64,000 nucleotides of DNA, from NCBI RefSeq assembly GCF_009914755.1, contig NC_060946.1. One strand, given 5' to 3'. Positions within the stretch are counted from its first letter, which is position 1. Each line of letters starts with the position of its first letter. Positions 13,465 through 27,367 of the stretch are shown in pieces. The stretch is from the human T2T-CHM13v2.0 reference genome, Homo sapiens. A program made the position numbers and the translations under genes. The notes below the pieces were generated by a model, which had not been told where the DNA came from, did no database searches, and was given only the letters and a program-made list of their open reading frames with translations.

Positions 13465-13990
13465 AAAAATCTTAAAAAAACCTTATAGAATAAGAATACA
13501 AATAAAATATTTTTGTACAGCTATACAATGTGTTTATATTTTAAGCTAAGTGTTATTACAAAAGAATCAAAAAGTTAAAAAAATTTTAAAGTTTATAAAG
13601 TAAAAAAGTTACAGTAAGCTAAGGCAAATTTGTTGTTAAAGAAAAATAATTTTGTAAAAATTTAGCGTAGCCTAAGTGTACAGTGTTGATAAAGTCAACA
13701 GTAGTGTACAGTAATGCCCGAAGCCTTCACATCCACTCACACTCACTCACTGACTCATCCACAGCAACTTCCAATTCTCCAGGCTGCATTCACAAGTGCC
13801 CTATACCTGTGTATCATTTTTATCTTTTATACTGTATTTTTGCTGTACATGTTTAGATAAATTAGATACATTAGATACATGTTTCCATGTTTAGATACAT
13901 TGTGTTACAACTGCCTAAAGTATTCAGTATAGTCACATGCTGTACAGATGTGCAGCCTCGGAACAAAAGGCCGTATCACACAGCCCAGGT
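12591..13990 (+). mobile_element. Tigger3(b)-like TcMar-Tigger transposon interrupted by an Alu
   Basis: Start CAGTC...TTTGGTCAACAAC...GGTAGTCCCATGAGATTATAA; internal GTACAGCTATACAATGTGTTT and GCGTAGCCTAAGTGTACAGTG. Confidence 0.85.
12671..12968 (+). mobile_element. Alu (Sx-like) inserted in Tigger3
   Basis: Full dimer; TSD AGATTATAA(C/T)GAAGCT. Confidence 0.95.
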
Positions 13991-14177
13991 ATGACAACGT
14001 ATGCTTCATACAGCCAGATAGTCCACTCTGCTGTCATCAATTCCTGTTTGGCTAACACCCTCAGTTCTTTCAATTTTCTTTACAAATCCACTTTGTTCTT
14101 GCATTTTAAAAAAATAAAATAAAATTCAATCATGACAAAATTATATTTTGAAGTACATAAATAATAAATAAAATTCT

Positions 14178-14452
<275 letters not shown>

Positions 14453-14559
14453 TTTTTTTTAATTAAAATTTTAAAAATAAAGTTCCCCGTTAATCTATCT
14501 TTTCTAGTACTGAGGTTCAAGATCATACTATAAATATTCTTTGCAGTTTCCTTTCATCT

Positions 14560-15895
14560 TTTTTTAAAACTGTGGTTAAATATACATAAAGTTACCATTT
14601 TAGCCATTTTTCAGTATACACTTCTATAGCATTAAGTATATTTATATTGTTGTGCAACCACCTCCATCCATCTCCAGAACTTTCTGATCTTCCCCAACTG
14701 AAATGCTGCACCCAATAAACACTAACTCCCCATTCCTGTCTCCCTCCGTCCACTGCCAACCAGCATTCTACTTTGTCTCCATCAATGTGACTACTTTAAG
14801 TACCTCACGTGAATAGTCAAACAATATTTATTTGCGCCGTGACATAATCTCAGCTCACTGCACTTATCTCACTTACCATATCTTTGTGGTTCATCCATAT
14901 TGTAGCACGTGTCAGAATTTCCTTCTAAGTCCAAATAATAATATTGTGTTAAAATTATATAAAACACAATTTTATGTGCATATCACTGTATTGTAGCCTA
15001 CAATATGTGGTACGTAAAAATCACATTTTGTCCATCCATTCATCTGTCAATGGACACTTGGGTTGCCTCCACCTTTTAACTATTGTGAATAAAGCTGCTA
15101 TGAATATGGGTGTACAGATATCTATTCAAGTCCCTGCTTTCAATGCTTTTGGGTAAATATTCAGAAGCAGAACTGCTGGATCACTGGTAATTCTTTGGTG
15201 TTTGCACAGTGACAATATTTAACTTTTTAAGGGACTGCCATACTGTTTTCCACAGCACTGAACCATTTTAAATTTCCACCGGCAAAGCACAAGAGTTTCA
15301 ATCTCTCCGTATTCTTACTTACACTTGTTATTGTGTGTGTATTTTCATCCTAATGAGTGTGAAGTGTTATCTCATTGTTTTGATTTATATTTCCTTTACA
15401 ACTTAGTGATGTTGAGCATCTTTTCATGTCCTTTTCATCTTTTCATGTGCTTATTGACCATTTGTATACCTTCTTTGGAGAAATGTGTATTCAAGTCCCC
15501 TGCCCATTTTATAATTGGGCCATTTGCTTTTTTGTTGTTGAGTTGTAAAAGTTCTTTATATATTTTGGATATTAATCCCTTATCAGATATATTTTTGCAA
15601 ATACTTTCTTCCATTAGTTGGTTGCCTTTTCACTCTGTTAATAGCGTCCTTTGATGCATAAAAGTTTTTAATTTTGATAAAGTCTAATTTATCTGTTTTT
15701 TCTTTTGTTGCCTGTGATTTTGGTGTCATGTCTAAGAATCCACTGCCAATTCCAAGGTCACGAGGATTTACTCTAAGTTTTCTTCTAAGAGTTTTATAGT
15801 TTTAGCTCTTATGTTTAGGTCTTTGATCCATTTTGAGTTAATTTTGGTATTGATGTAAGGTCCAACTTCATTTTTTTTTTTTTTTTTTGCATGTG
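14560..15895 (-). mobile_element. L1M (L1MB-like) 3' fragment
   Basis: CCATTCATCTGTCAATGGACACTTGGGTTG...TTGGAGAAATGTGTATTCAAGTC...TAGGTCTTTGATCCATTTTGAGTTAATT. Confidence 0.9.
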
Positions 15896-16654
15896 TCTTA
15901 CTTATTTTTGAGGTTCCTTAGATCTCTCTCCATTTGCCATCTTCTTCCTGTTTTCTGAGGATTTAGAATTAAACATCCATTCCATCTATATACTGGTTAT
16001 CAATTAATTGATTATCAGCTCCAAATTTACCTTTTTTGCCGGCTGTGTGAAAATGAACCTGGGCCCTTTAAATACTTTTCCTTTGCAAAGCATGCATGAT
16101 GTCAAGCTTTACCCATAGAGGACACAGGAGATACACTGTAGGAGGAAAGCATTTCGCTTCCAGGTCCCATTGTGCTTGCCTAGCAGGTTCTTACAGGATA
16201 AGCAGTTTCCCTCCATCCTAGCTCCTACAATGGACAGCAGCCAGCAGCTAGTAGCTTCCCTCAGTAAACCTTTTCATGTTGTCATATGGCAGCAAAGTGC
16301 CTCTGGTGAGACAACTCCTTGTGAAGAGCTTTCCCAAGTATCCTAGAGGGTAGTTTTTGGCAACTTCAAAAGGACAGATTTCCAGCAAGTTCTGCTGGTA
16401 TAAGTCCATAGGGACTTACTTCTCTGCCATTCTGAGAGTCAAAGTCATGCCTTCTCCACCAAAGCCCCTCAGATTTCAGTCTCTCGGCCAGGAAGTGTTT
16501 GGTGGTATTGAGGGAGACGGCTCTTTGGGTATGATATCTCGGTCCCGGGGTAGCTGCTTAGCTGCTATTATACTAATTCTATTTTGTCACACATCAATCA
16601 TATTATTATATTTCTTATTATAGATACAGCAGATCTATATCTGCTGTTATTTAG

Positions 16655-17306
<652 letters not shown>

Positions 17307-17404
17307 TAAATAATTCTTTATATTAAATGCCCTGTCCAAAGTACTGTGTAGTCTCTCTCTCCTGGCTGGACCTGGACTGATACAAGTGAGCTGAAAAAAA
17401 ATGC

Positions 17405-17590
17405 TGACAGCTACTTACTATATATAAGACAGACATTATGCCTAGTGTTTTATAAACATTATCACTTTTAATTCTCACTAAAACCCTGTGATATATCACT
17501 TTATAGTAAGGAAACTGAGGCTCAGAAAAACTATACAATTTTTCCCCCATATTACAAATCCAGGTCTGTCTTACATTAAAGTCCCTGCTG
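17405..17590 (-). mobile_element. MIR
   Basis: TTTAATTCTCAC...TAAGGAAACTGAGGCTCAGA. Confidence 0.7.
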
Positions 17591-17660
17591 GCTTTCTACT
17601 ATGGTGTTTATTTTTCTTCACAGACCTAAGAACATATTTTTTAAAGAAACTGAACATCTA

Positions 17661-18152
17661 TGTGAAAAAGAATTAACGTAGCAGGTCTGACTGCTAAGGT
17701 TGGCCTTAGCTAGTATCTGAGAACTGAAGATTTCACAAGGGTTCTATCCCCAGAACTGATCAGAGTGGCTCTTATCTGTTAATGCCTGCTTTCCTTTCGG
17801 GAGTCTGGAATTTTGATTTGTGCTAGGGTTAGGGTGCTTATGTGAACAGCCCCCTTCACCATCCCCAGCCAAAAAATCTCAGCACTAAGTCTGTAACAAG
17901 CTTCCCTGGTAGACAACACTGTTACAACTTACTGCTGGAGGAATCAAGCAAGTCCTGTGACTCCACTTGGAAAGGACTTTTGGAAGCTTGAGTCAGGTTT
18001 CCTCTGGACTTCACCGCATGCACCTTTTTTCTTTGCTGACATTGCTTTATAGCCTTTTACTAGTATAAAGCATAGCTATAAGTATGACTACATCTGAGTT
18101 CCATAAGTCCTAGATAATTCACTGGACCTAGGGTAGTCTTGGAGACCCCCCA
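17661..18152 (+). mobile_element. MER68-like ERVL LTR
   Basis: TGTG..AAAGAATTAACGTAGCAGG...CAGAACTGATCAGAGTGGCTC...GGAGTCTGGAATTTTG...CTTCCCTGGTAGACAAC. Confidence 0.75.
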
Positions 18153-18489
18153 AAAAAACCTATAATACACCAAGTACTTTGTTAAATGCTGAGGACACAA
18201 AGATGAATAAGGCCTTTGCCCTCAAGGAACTTTAGTCTATTTAAATTTCCATTCCTTCATTCCTCTGATCATCACTTCTTAGTCTGTTCACTACTTGAAA
18301 CAGATTAGATTCATTTCCCTGAGCTAAATTTCATTTAGTGCTGAAGTGATGCTAAATAAATATTTAATAAGTCCATCAGCAAAATCTGAGATACAGAGCT
18401 CTAATAGACTCAAAGGCTACACATACTTCCTCTTTACTTTCCCTGTCTTATTGTGTTCTTCATTAAAAATAAATTGACAAATACTTGTA

Positions 18490-19445
18490 CTTTGCTGGTG
18501 GGAATGTAAAATGGAGCAGCTGCTGTGGAAAAGAGATTGGCAGTTCTTCAAAAAGTTAAATATAGAGCTACCATATGACCCAGCAATTCCACTCCTAGGT
18601 ATATACCCAAAGAACTGGAAAACAGGTACTCAAAACCAATACTTGTACACAGATGTTCATGGCAACACTACTCACAATAGCCAAAGGATGGGCTGGGTGC
18701 AGTGGCTCACACCTGTAATCCCAGAATTTTGGGAGGCTGTGGCGGGCGGATCACGAGGTCAGGAGATTGAGACCATCCTGGCTAACACGGTGAAATCCCA
18801 TCTCTACTAAAAATACAAAAAATTAGCTGGGCCTGGTGGCGGGTGCCTGTAGTTCCAGCTGCTTGGGAGGCTGAGGCAGGAGAATGGCATGAACTTGGGA
18901 GGCAGAGCTTGCAGTGAGCAGAGATCACACCACTGCGCTCCAGCCTGGGCGACAGAGTGGGACTCCATCTCAAAAAAAAAAAAAAAAAAAAAAAAAAGCC
19001 AAAGGATGGAAACCCAAACGTCCATTAAGGGATAAACAGATAAACAAATTGTGCTATATACACACAAAGGAATATCATTCAGTTATAAAAAGGAAAGAAG
19101 TACTGATATATGCTACAACATGGATAAACAATGAAAACACACAGTACTAAGTGAAAGAAGCCAGACATAAAAGGCCATATATTATATGACTCCATTTATA
19201 TAAAATCTCCAGAACAGGTAAATTCATCAAAAGAGAAAGCAGATTGGTGGTTGCCAGCAGGGAAGGGGAAAGACAGGATGATTGCTTAATGGATACGGGT
19301 GATGTATCCATTGAGGGTGATGTAAAAATGTAAGCTACATGGAGATAGTGGTTGTACAGCACTGTGAACGTATTAAATGCCACCAAATTGTTCACTTTTT
19401 TAAAAGTTTAATTTTATGTTATATGAATTTAACCTCCATTAACAT
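18490..19445 (+). mobile_element. L1MB-like 3' fragment interrupted by AluY
   Basis: CCATATGACCCAGCAATTCCACTCCTAGGTATATACCC (decayed ORF2 motif IELPYDPAIPLLGIYP) followed by L1 3' UTR. Confidence 0.9.
18691..18997 (+). mobile_element. AluY
   Basis: Y-type motifs; TSD AGCCAAAGGATG. Confidence 0.95.
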
Positions 19446-20009
19446 TTTTTTTAAAAGCAATGCAGTATACACCACAGTACAAATGAAGAAACTTCCTGTT
19501 GTTATTTGAATAAGTACTTACAGCTTGAGATAAAATCATCAGTGACTACAATAAATATAGACACAAAAAAGTGCTGTATCTCAATATATACTCTGGAAAA
19601 CTGAAGATTCAAAGTGGTTCTAAGCAACAATACAGATACTGATGCAGTAGAGCATATACACATTTTTTCCCAAAAAGATAAAATGTTTCTAAATTACATA
19701 AATAAATATTTTAAGTAGATATTTGCCTATTTCCCTAAACGCTTAATAGGTTAGCCCTTCCTTTCAATGGAAAAACAGCATTAAGGCCTTATATTCATGG
19801 TTTCCTCATATTCAGGCATATATAACACACAATATATATGTTTTTTTATGTCTGGAAGGATATATCCCAAAATGTTTATAGTGGTCATATGTCTTGGTGT
19901 TAAATTTGGATTTATGAGTGATATATGTCTTTGTGGGGGGAGGAGGTTTCTTATCTGTATTTTCTAACTGTTCAACAAATGAACATGTATTATTTGTACT
20001 TAACTAGAA

Positions 20010-20125
20010 AAAAATGGAGATAATAACAACACCTACCTCAGGGAAGCTGTGAAGATTAAACGAAACAATATACATAAAGCTCTTAACACAGAATTCAGCA
20101 TAAGTACACAACAACTGTCAAGCAG
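20010..20125 (+). mobile_element. MIR fragment
   Basis: AAAATGGAGATAATAACAACACCTACCTCAGGG...TGTGAAGATTAAA. Confidence 0.65.
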
Positions 20126-20439
20126 TATGGATGGTATTGTTTCTGTTTTTGCAAATACTCCTCAGGATTCAGGATGTATGCCTTATTATCTATGGCGAAA
20201 GCACTCATCTTAATCCAGGCCTGGATCACTTCAAGCTTAAATTACTCTAATAGTCTCTTGGCTGGTCCAGCTAAGAGCTAGCCTCCATCCACCCCTGCCC
20301 AGCTTTCTTACCAGGGCCAGGGTTAACTACCTAAAACACCACTCATACCACTTCCATAGTAATGGCCCTCCATTGCTTACATGATTAGGTTCCAAATATC
20401 CCAAGCCTTGCCCCACTTGGTTATTCTCTTTTTCTTCTC

Positions 20440-20730
20440 ATTTACTCCTTCAGCAAACATTTACTGAGGGACGTTTATGTGTCTGCAACTTGGTAGGAAT
20501 GCAAAGGAAAATAAGCTAGGGATTCTTTTCTCAAAAGAACTCACAGTCTAGTAAGGGAAAGAGGCATGTAAACAAATACAATATGAACCATGTAATAAAA
20601 TGTAAATGTATGGCCCAGAGAGAACCAGTGTACATGGTTGATAATCAAGTGAGAAAGGCATAAAGAAATTACAAAGAGGAGACTCACAGTAGGTAAGACT
20701 TGAATGGGGTTTGGAGGATGACCACAAATA
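20440..20730 (-). mobile_element. L2 fragment
   Basis: TTCAGCAAACATTTACTGAG...AAGAACTCACAGTCTAGT. Confidence 0.6.
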
Positions 20731-21248
20731 GCTAATTTCCAGATAGAAACTTTACTCAATTTACTTCACACCTTGGCACGTTCTCAAACATCAACTCAAG
20801 CAAAATTCAGCAAAATCCCACCTCCCTTCACAATGTAATCCTCTAACTCTAGCCCACGCTCTTTCAATTTGTGGGTCAAGATCCATTCATGACTTAAAGA
20901 ACCAATTTAAGAGGTTTCAACCACTACTGAAATGAAAGATTAGAGAACTAGAGCTGCAATTCTCAAACTTTTTTGATTTCAGAATACCTTAACACTTTAA
21001 AAAATTACCAAAGACTCCAAAGAGCTTTTGCTTCTGTGGTTATAACTACTGCGATTTTCCTATGAGAAACTAAAACTGAGTACTTTTAAAAATATGTTAA
21101 TTCCTTTAAAAGTATCAATAATAAACCAACCATTATATTAGCCTAAAAAATATTTTATGAAAATGGTTTAGTTTGTAAACTAAACCAGTGAGAAGAGTAT
21201 CATTATTTTACATTTCTACAAATATTTTTAACATCCAACTTAATAGAA

Positions 21249-21567
21249 CAGTGGTCCCCAATCTTTTTGGCACAGGGACTGGTTTCATGGGAGATAATTT
21301 TTCCATGGGGGGTGGGGTAGGGTGGGGATAGTTTCAAGATGAAACTGTTCCACCTCAAGTCATCAGGCATTCGATGGAACAGGCAACCTAGATCCCTCGC
21401 ACGCGCAGTTCACAGTAGGGTATGCACTCTTATGAGAATCTAATGCCGCCACTGATCTGATAGGATGTGGTGCTCAGGCAGTAGTGCTTGCTGCTCACCT
21501 CCTGCCGTGTGGCCTGGTTCCTAACAGGCCACAAGCCAGTACCAGACTGTGGCCTGGGGATTGGAGA
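21249..21567. mobile_element. MER1B
   Basis: CAGTGGTCCCCAATCTTTTTGGCAC...CCTAGATCCCTCGCACGCGCAGTTCACA...TATGAGAATCTAATGCCGCCACTGATCTGA. Confidence 0.85.
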
Positions 21568-22112
21568 TGGAATGGAGGATGGCTGGATTCTCATACCTGC
21601 TTCTGCATTCAATCTGTTTCAATATTATTCTGAAGTATAAGAAAGAAATTTGGCATTCCATGGATATGTATCTGGAAGAGGCAAGGTATTTTAATAGCCT
21701 TTTCGCCTATCTCTAGATATTCTTCTTTAATACTGTACCAAAGGTTAGTTGCAATGTGGCATGTGAAACCTTATCAATGAATTTTTTCATACTGTTAATA
21801 TAAAAATTCATTGATCTTGTACTTGGAATAGATTTTTTTTGCCTATGCATGATTTTGTAACATTATGTGTTGTTCATTTATAAAATACAAGTTCACTAAG
21901 TTATAAAGATCTTCCAACTGTTGACACATCTCATTATATAACATCAAAAAATTCACATTCACTAATATCACCACCAATCTCATCTGAAAAGTCTTTTAAG
22001 GTTCAGAGCTGTCAAGCTCATAGGCCAGGATACAAGTTTTCCAAAACTCTAGTTTTTGCTTGAAAGTTCAAATTTTATCACTGGCCACAAATATCAGTTT
22101 TCCTTAAAATGA

Positions 22113-22496
<384 letters not shown>

Positions 22497-22824
22497 TGAA
22501 AAAAGTTCAGCTGGCAACTCAATCACAGAAGCAGTTTTCCTTTAGATAACTGTCATACTTAGTATGCAGCAGAAGTGCTTTATTTGTATTACCCATTTTG
22601 CCAAAGAGATTATTTAAAAGATTCATAACCGAGGATGGAGAATTAGTAATAGTAATAATTTTTACTACTTCAGCAGGAACACTGAAGTGAAACTGTCTTT
22701 CTCCCCTTCTTTAACTGTTAAGTGTTTGGTGGTGAAGAACATAACTACTCAGTCGTCATTACATTCTTTGGTACAGGCAGTTTGTGGCATAATAAGCCCA
22801 TGTCCTAGTTTTGGCCTGTCACAG

Positions 22825-23070
22825 TAGCATGTGTAGTGAGGTATGGGGGAAAGTACAGTTATTAGAATCACACTGATCTACGTCTCTGGTAACCAACTAG
22901 CTCTATGGCTGTGGAAAGCTAATTCATCTCTCAGCCTCAAATTCTTCCATCTTTAAATGAGAATACTACCTACCTCATAGGATTGTTACAAGGATTGAGG
23001 TAATACATGCAATATCTTACACAGTGCCTGTTCCTTAATGGGGTGGCCCTGTTAACAATAATAATAAGAA
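22825..23070 (+). mobile_element. MIR
   Basis: CAGCCTCAAATTCTTCCATCTTTAAATGAGAATACTACCTACCTCATAGGATTGTT. Confidence 0.75.
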
Positions 23071-24004
23071 GAAACAGTATCTTAGTTGTATGTAACACTT
23101 CACCACATACCAACACACAGGCAGTTCTGACTAGTACAGGACCACAGATTATGAGGGGACCCATAGGGATCATCTAATTCTAATTCAGCTACTTTACTTG
23201 CACCCTCCTTACCTTGCAACCATATTCACATAGCACAGACTGACCTTACAGATAAGAAAACCAATGTACCACAAGGTTTTAAATGTCTTTCTCAAGGTTA
23301 CAGAGCTAGTCTAAGAAGCAGAAATTGGTGTCAAGCACATCCTCCTACTCATAACAATTCTGTTAGATAGATAACATTATTCTCTTTTGATTGATAATGG
23401 AAACTCAGGTTCATTCCCTTGAGTTTCAAGTGACATGTCCAAGGTCACAAAAACAGGCCTGGAACCCAAGTCCTCTCATTTGTAGTTCTTCCAACCGTAA
23501 CTTAGAAATCTGTCTAAATACATGATTCACTCTGTGCAATCATTGATAATTATCTACATCTGGATCTGAATGGAATAACAGACTAACAGACACAATTATG
23601 TGAATACTCATTATGACTAAATATGCCAATTGATAACCACCAACAAATCAGTTTGTGTTGTGATATTTCAATTTAAACTGGTGTTTCACTAAACTGAAGA
23701 CTTCACAAGCTTTGGCATTTAAAAAAACAAAAGATACCTCTTAATTAGCCTCAGAGTATAAAAGAAATACATTTCAAAGGATCATTCTGCAACATTCAAA
23801 AAAGTCCCTTTAAGACAGGCTGAGTTGACTATCACAGTCTAAATTTAAATTAACAATTCTACCCCAAAAAAAGTCATTATAGACAAAATAATAAATTTTA
23901 TTTTAATTGATAGACATTATTTCAATTGAGTTTTATAACAGTCTCTTCACTCACATTGCTATTGAACATGATGTTAAACCAGCTCTGGTGTTTATTAGAG
24001 GAAC

Positions 24005-24165
24005 AACTTAGGACAAGTTACTCACCTTTCTGGGCCTCAATTTTATTTTCTGGTCTATAAAATATATGTGATCATGTCTACACCTTGCAAGGATGTTAAG
24101 TTTAGGCACAAGGTATACAAAGCACCTGAAAGTATACCTACCCCATAGAGAAAAACTATTATTGT
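24005..24165 (+). mobile_element. MIR
   Basis: GGACAAGTTACTCACCTTTCTGGGCCTCAATTT. Confidence 0.6.
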
Positions 24166-24959
24166 AACAATTTTTATTATATGCTTTGAGTTCACAATCC
24201 TGCCTATCCCTAAGTCCATTAAGATCTGGGTAAAACTGGACTTTTCTATTTCCTCCTGCTGCTGTTGCTTCCAATGCCCTACTGGCTACAACTGCCAACT
24301 CTCTGACCTAGACTCTCTGCCACCTACTACTAGTGTCCTCAGAGCAAGTCCCTGAACTTCCTTTTATTGTATTAATTCCCTGGTCAGAAAGAAGATAATG
24401 CTCATTACTTACCAATTCAGTGATCTTCTGATAATTACCACGTTAATTCTTGCTTGGAACCAATCTAAAAGACTTCAAACAACTTCAAACCTACCGAGGA
24501 TTTTTTTTCTTGATGCCAAGTTTTAAAAACCAGGAATTACATTTTTTTAAACAAATGGTCAACTATTAAGAATTCATAAAAGAGCTGCCTGTCATATCTC
24601 GTTATACTTTGATTCCTGTATCAACTCAATTACTCAAATCCTTTAGTTCTTCATCTTCTAGCCCTCTTAGATAATAGTCTCCATTAAGTAAAAGGCATTT
24701 TGCAGAAACAGATAGAGAAAACTATATATATATATATATTGTGTAAAGCTTAGTTTTCTGCAAGTACAATTAAATACTCAAGATAGCTGGGAGAAGGGCA
24801 AGAAGAGCCCACAGAGATGAGATGGTACTGAGACTCCACTGGTGGCCCTTTCTAAGGGACTAGAACTACACTACAGATTTATCAATGAAAGGTTGAAGGC
24901 AAGGGAAAAGGAAAAGCCAGTGACATATGCAGGCACTGCAATGCGCTAGATAATTGATA

Positions 24960-25070
24960 TACATTATTTCTGGGTATTATTTCCATTATCAGGTGAGGAG
25001 AGTCAGACTCAGAGAGATTAAGTGACTGGATCCAGGCCAAATAGCTAGTAAACAGTAGAGCCAGAGCCAT
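24960..25070 (-). mobile_element. MIR fragment
   Basis: CAGGTGAGGAG...CTCAGAGAGATTAAGTGACT. Confidence 0.6.
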
Positions 25071-25281
25071 AATTATAACTGTTCTTTCTGTTACATGTTA
25101 CGCAGCAGTTTAGTCCAGAAAAGCATTTACCCCTAGGCCAAGAAATAGGGAAGGTAAGTGTATGATTATCTATACACTGGTTTAGCCACACTGTTTCCCT
25201 TCCAGCAATGGGAAAAATGGAGAGATAATTCATCTTTAACCTGCGGTTATCACCCAATTATTCCCATTGGTAGAAGAAAAG

Positions 25282-25545
25282 CAGTGCTTCTCAAATGTTA
25301 GCATGCAGACAGGTCACTAGGTATCTTGTTAAAATGTAGATTCTGATTCAGTAGGTCTACAGTGGCGTCTGAGATTTCTGCATCTACCAGGAAATGAAGC
25401 TTCTAGTGCTGGGGCCATACTGTAAACAGATTATACTCAATAGTTCCCAATCTTGACCGATCATTTGAATCACCTGGGAATAATCTAAAAACTACAGATT
25501 TCCCTCCTTGATTCAGTAGTGTCTGGAATGAGGTCCAGGTTGACT
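25282..25545. mobile_element. Two MER5-family hAT fragments
   Basis: CAGTGCTTCTCAAA...CTTGTTAAAATGTAGATTCTGATTCAGTAGGTCT; second copy GAATCACCTGGGAA...ATTCAGTAG. Confidence 0.7.
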
Positions 25546-25551
25546 TCAATA

Positions 25552-25861
25552 CAGTCATCCCTTGATGTCCATGGGGGACTGTTTTGAGGACCCCTCTCAG
25601 ACACCAAAATCCACAGATGCTCAAGTCCCTGATGTATAATAGCACAGTATTTACATATAACCTATGTATATCCTCCCAGAGATTTTAAATCATCTCCAGA
25701 TCACTTATAATACCTAATACAGTGTAAATGCTACGTAGTTATTTAGTATTTTTATTTGTATTATTTTTATTGTTGCATTGTTATTTTTTTTCTGAATTAT
25801 TTTCAATCCGTGGTTGGTTGAATGCACAGATGTGGACCCCACAGATACAATACGCCAACTG
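25552..25861 (+). mobile_element. MER2 (TcMar-Tigger MITE)
   Basis: TA|CAGTCATCCCTT...CCAAAATCCACAGATGCTCAAGTCCCTGAT...GCCAACTG|TA with TA duplication. Confidence 0.9.
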
Positions 25862-25949
25862 TACAGAACAGGGACTACTGAGCTATACTATCTCCAGGCA
25901 CATTCTACCTCAGAATTCTGTAATTCAAAGAAATATATAATTATTACCG

Positions 25950-26200
25950 ACAATAATCACAGCAAGCACTGACTGAGAACACACCAAATGTCTAAGAGCT
26001 TTATATATTAGCTTACTTAGTCCTCAAACCACACTGTGAGGTTGGTACTCACAGCACTATCATTCCCATTTTACACATGAGGAAGCCAACGCACCAAGAG
26101 ACTAACTTGTCCAAGGTCAGTGAGTGAACTGCAGAACAGGGGTTCAGACTTGAACCAACCCGATTTCAAAGAGTCTGTGCCCTCAGACACACCATCTAAA
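25950..26200 (-). mobile_element. MIR
   Basis: CATTCCCATTTTACACATGAGGAAGC...AACTTGTCCAAGGTCA. Confidence 0.75.
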
Positions 26201-26224
26201 GCTGCTTCCCACATTACCCAATGG

Positions 26225-26755
26225 TAATGTCACTGATTTTAACAGACACACTTGAACAAATAAATCCAAATGGGTCACCTCAGAAGATGTCGCCCTGGGA
26301 AGGCTATGTTCTTATTCCTCAGATGCTACCATCATTCAAAACACGGCCACTGCTAAACTAAACATTTAAAGAGCCCTTGATCTGAAAATGAAAATGCCTT
26401 CAGAGCCTAAACCCATGACTTTAAGTATCTTCAAATGGGGTAAAAGCTCACCATTTGAGCACAGATTTGACTTTTTGACAACACCACAAAATCACGAAGA
26501 GCCAATTCGAAGAAACCTAGTGTCTTTCAAAAACCTAGGTAGGTATTTTTTTAAATAAAAAAATTCAGTGTTAGGTATTGAAAACGTTTTCCTCATCACT
26601 CATCTCTAAAGCCGATTCCGAATGAGAGTTCCTCAGGTTTTGCGCAATGGTTGTATCACCAACCAAGGTGACTATTTTGAAGGGCAATATTCATTTGGAT
26701 GCACAGGTTCTGTTATATTTGTTTAAAAAAAAAAAGCAGCCTCTTAGTCATACCA
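26225..26755. mobile_element. MARNA-like mariner relic
   Basis: AAATGGGTCACC...CTGGGAAGGCTAT...GATGCTACCATCATTCAAAAC; CCAAGGTGACTATTTTGAAGGG...CATTTGGAT. Confidence 0.7.
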
Positions 26756-27325
26756 AAAGAAACACATTTGCCCTTCACTATCAGCACAAACATGCATATG
26801 TTCAGAACAACTGTCTTGAAGCATGCAGTTTTCCTTTCTGCTGAAAAAGCAACTGCTTTGATATTCTTTTCAGATTATTTTTAAGTGTGTTTTATTTATA
26901 TACACCCATCCATATAAAAAAAATACCATCAGCAGGCATTAATGAAGCATTTAACTGCATGCAGCACCATAAAAGGTATTGTACAAAGGCAACTATATAC
27001 TAAAATATGCACACAAATACCCTCACATACAAGGGATAAAGGCACACACAAATACTTCAGGGATACAACTATAAAAAGATATTACATTGCTACATCTAGA
27101 TGAGCTCCTTTGTTAAATAAATGTCTTCTTTCAACAAAGAAAATACTCTGCAAATTCAGAATGGTTTCCAGATTTTTTTTTAAATCAGGCATTAATGCAG
27201 CTCAGCACAATTCCACACGACCGACCTCTCTGCTTGAACTGGACTCCCCACACCTTACTGAAGCCACAATTCCCCTGCACAAACTCCCACTCCACCACCC
27301 CCCACACACCCAACTCCCCACCAAC

Positions 27326-27367
27326 CTCACAGGGGTTCCTGGGCTGGTCCATGGAATCTGATGACAT
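27326..27367 (-). CDS. RBFOX2: Probable alternative first coding exon of RBFOX2 (MSSDSMDQPRNPCE)
   Basis: ATG at 27367-27365, 14 codons, then donor GAG|GTTGGT in phase 0, in frame with the 4658 acceptor; non-repetitive context with promoter-like motifs upstream. Confidence 0.7.

Noticed and set aside
18511-18810. ORF containing IELPYDPAIPLLGIYP
   Set aside because: Decayed L1 ORF2 C-terminus running into an AluY; not an intact protein.
27185-27325. Continuation of the 61-aa ORF beyond NPCE
   Set aside because: It reads through the GTTGGT donor into G-rich intron; only the first 14 codons are plausible.
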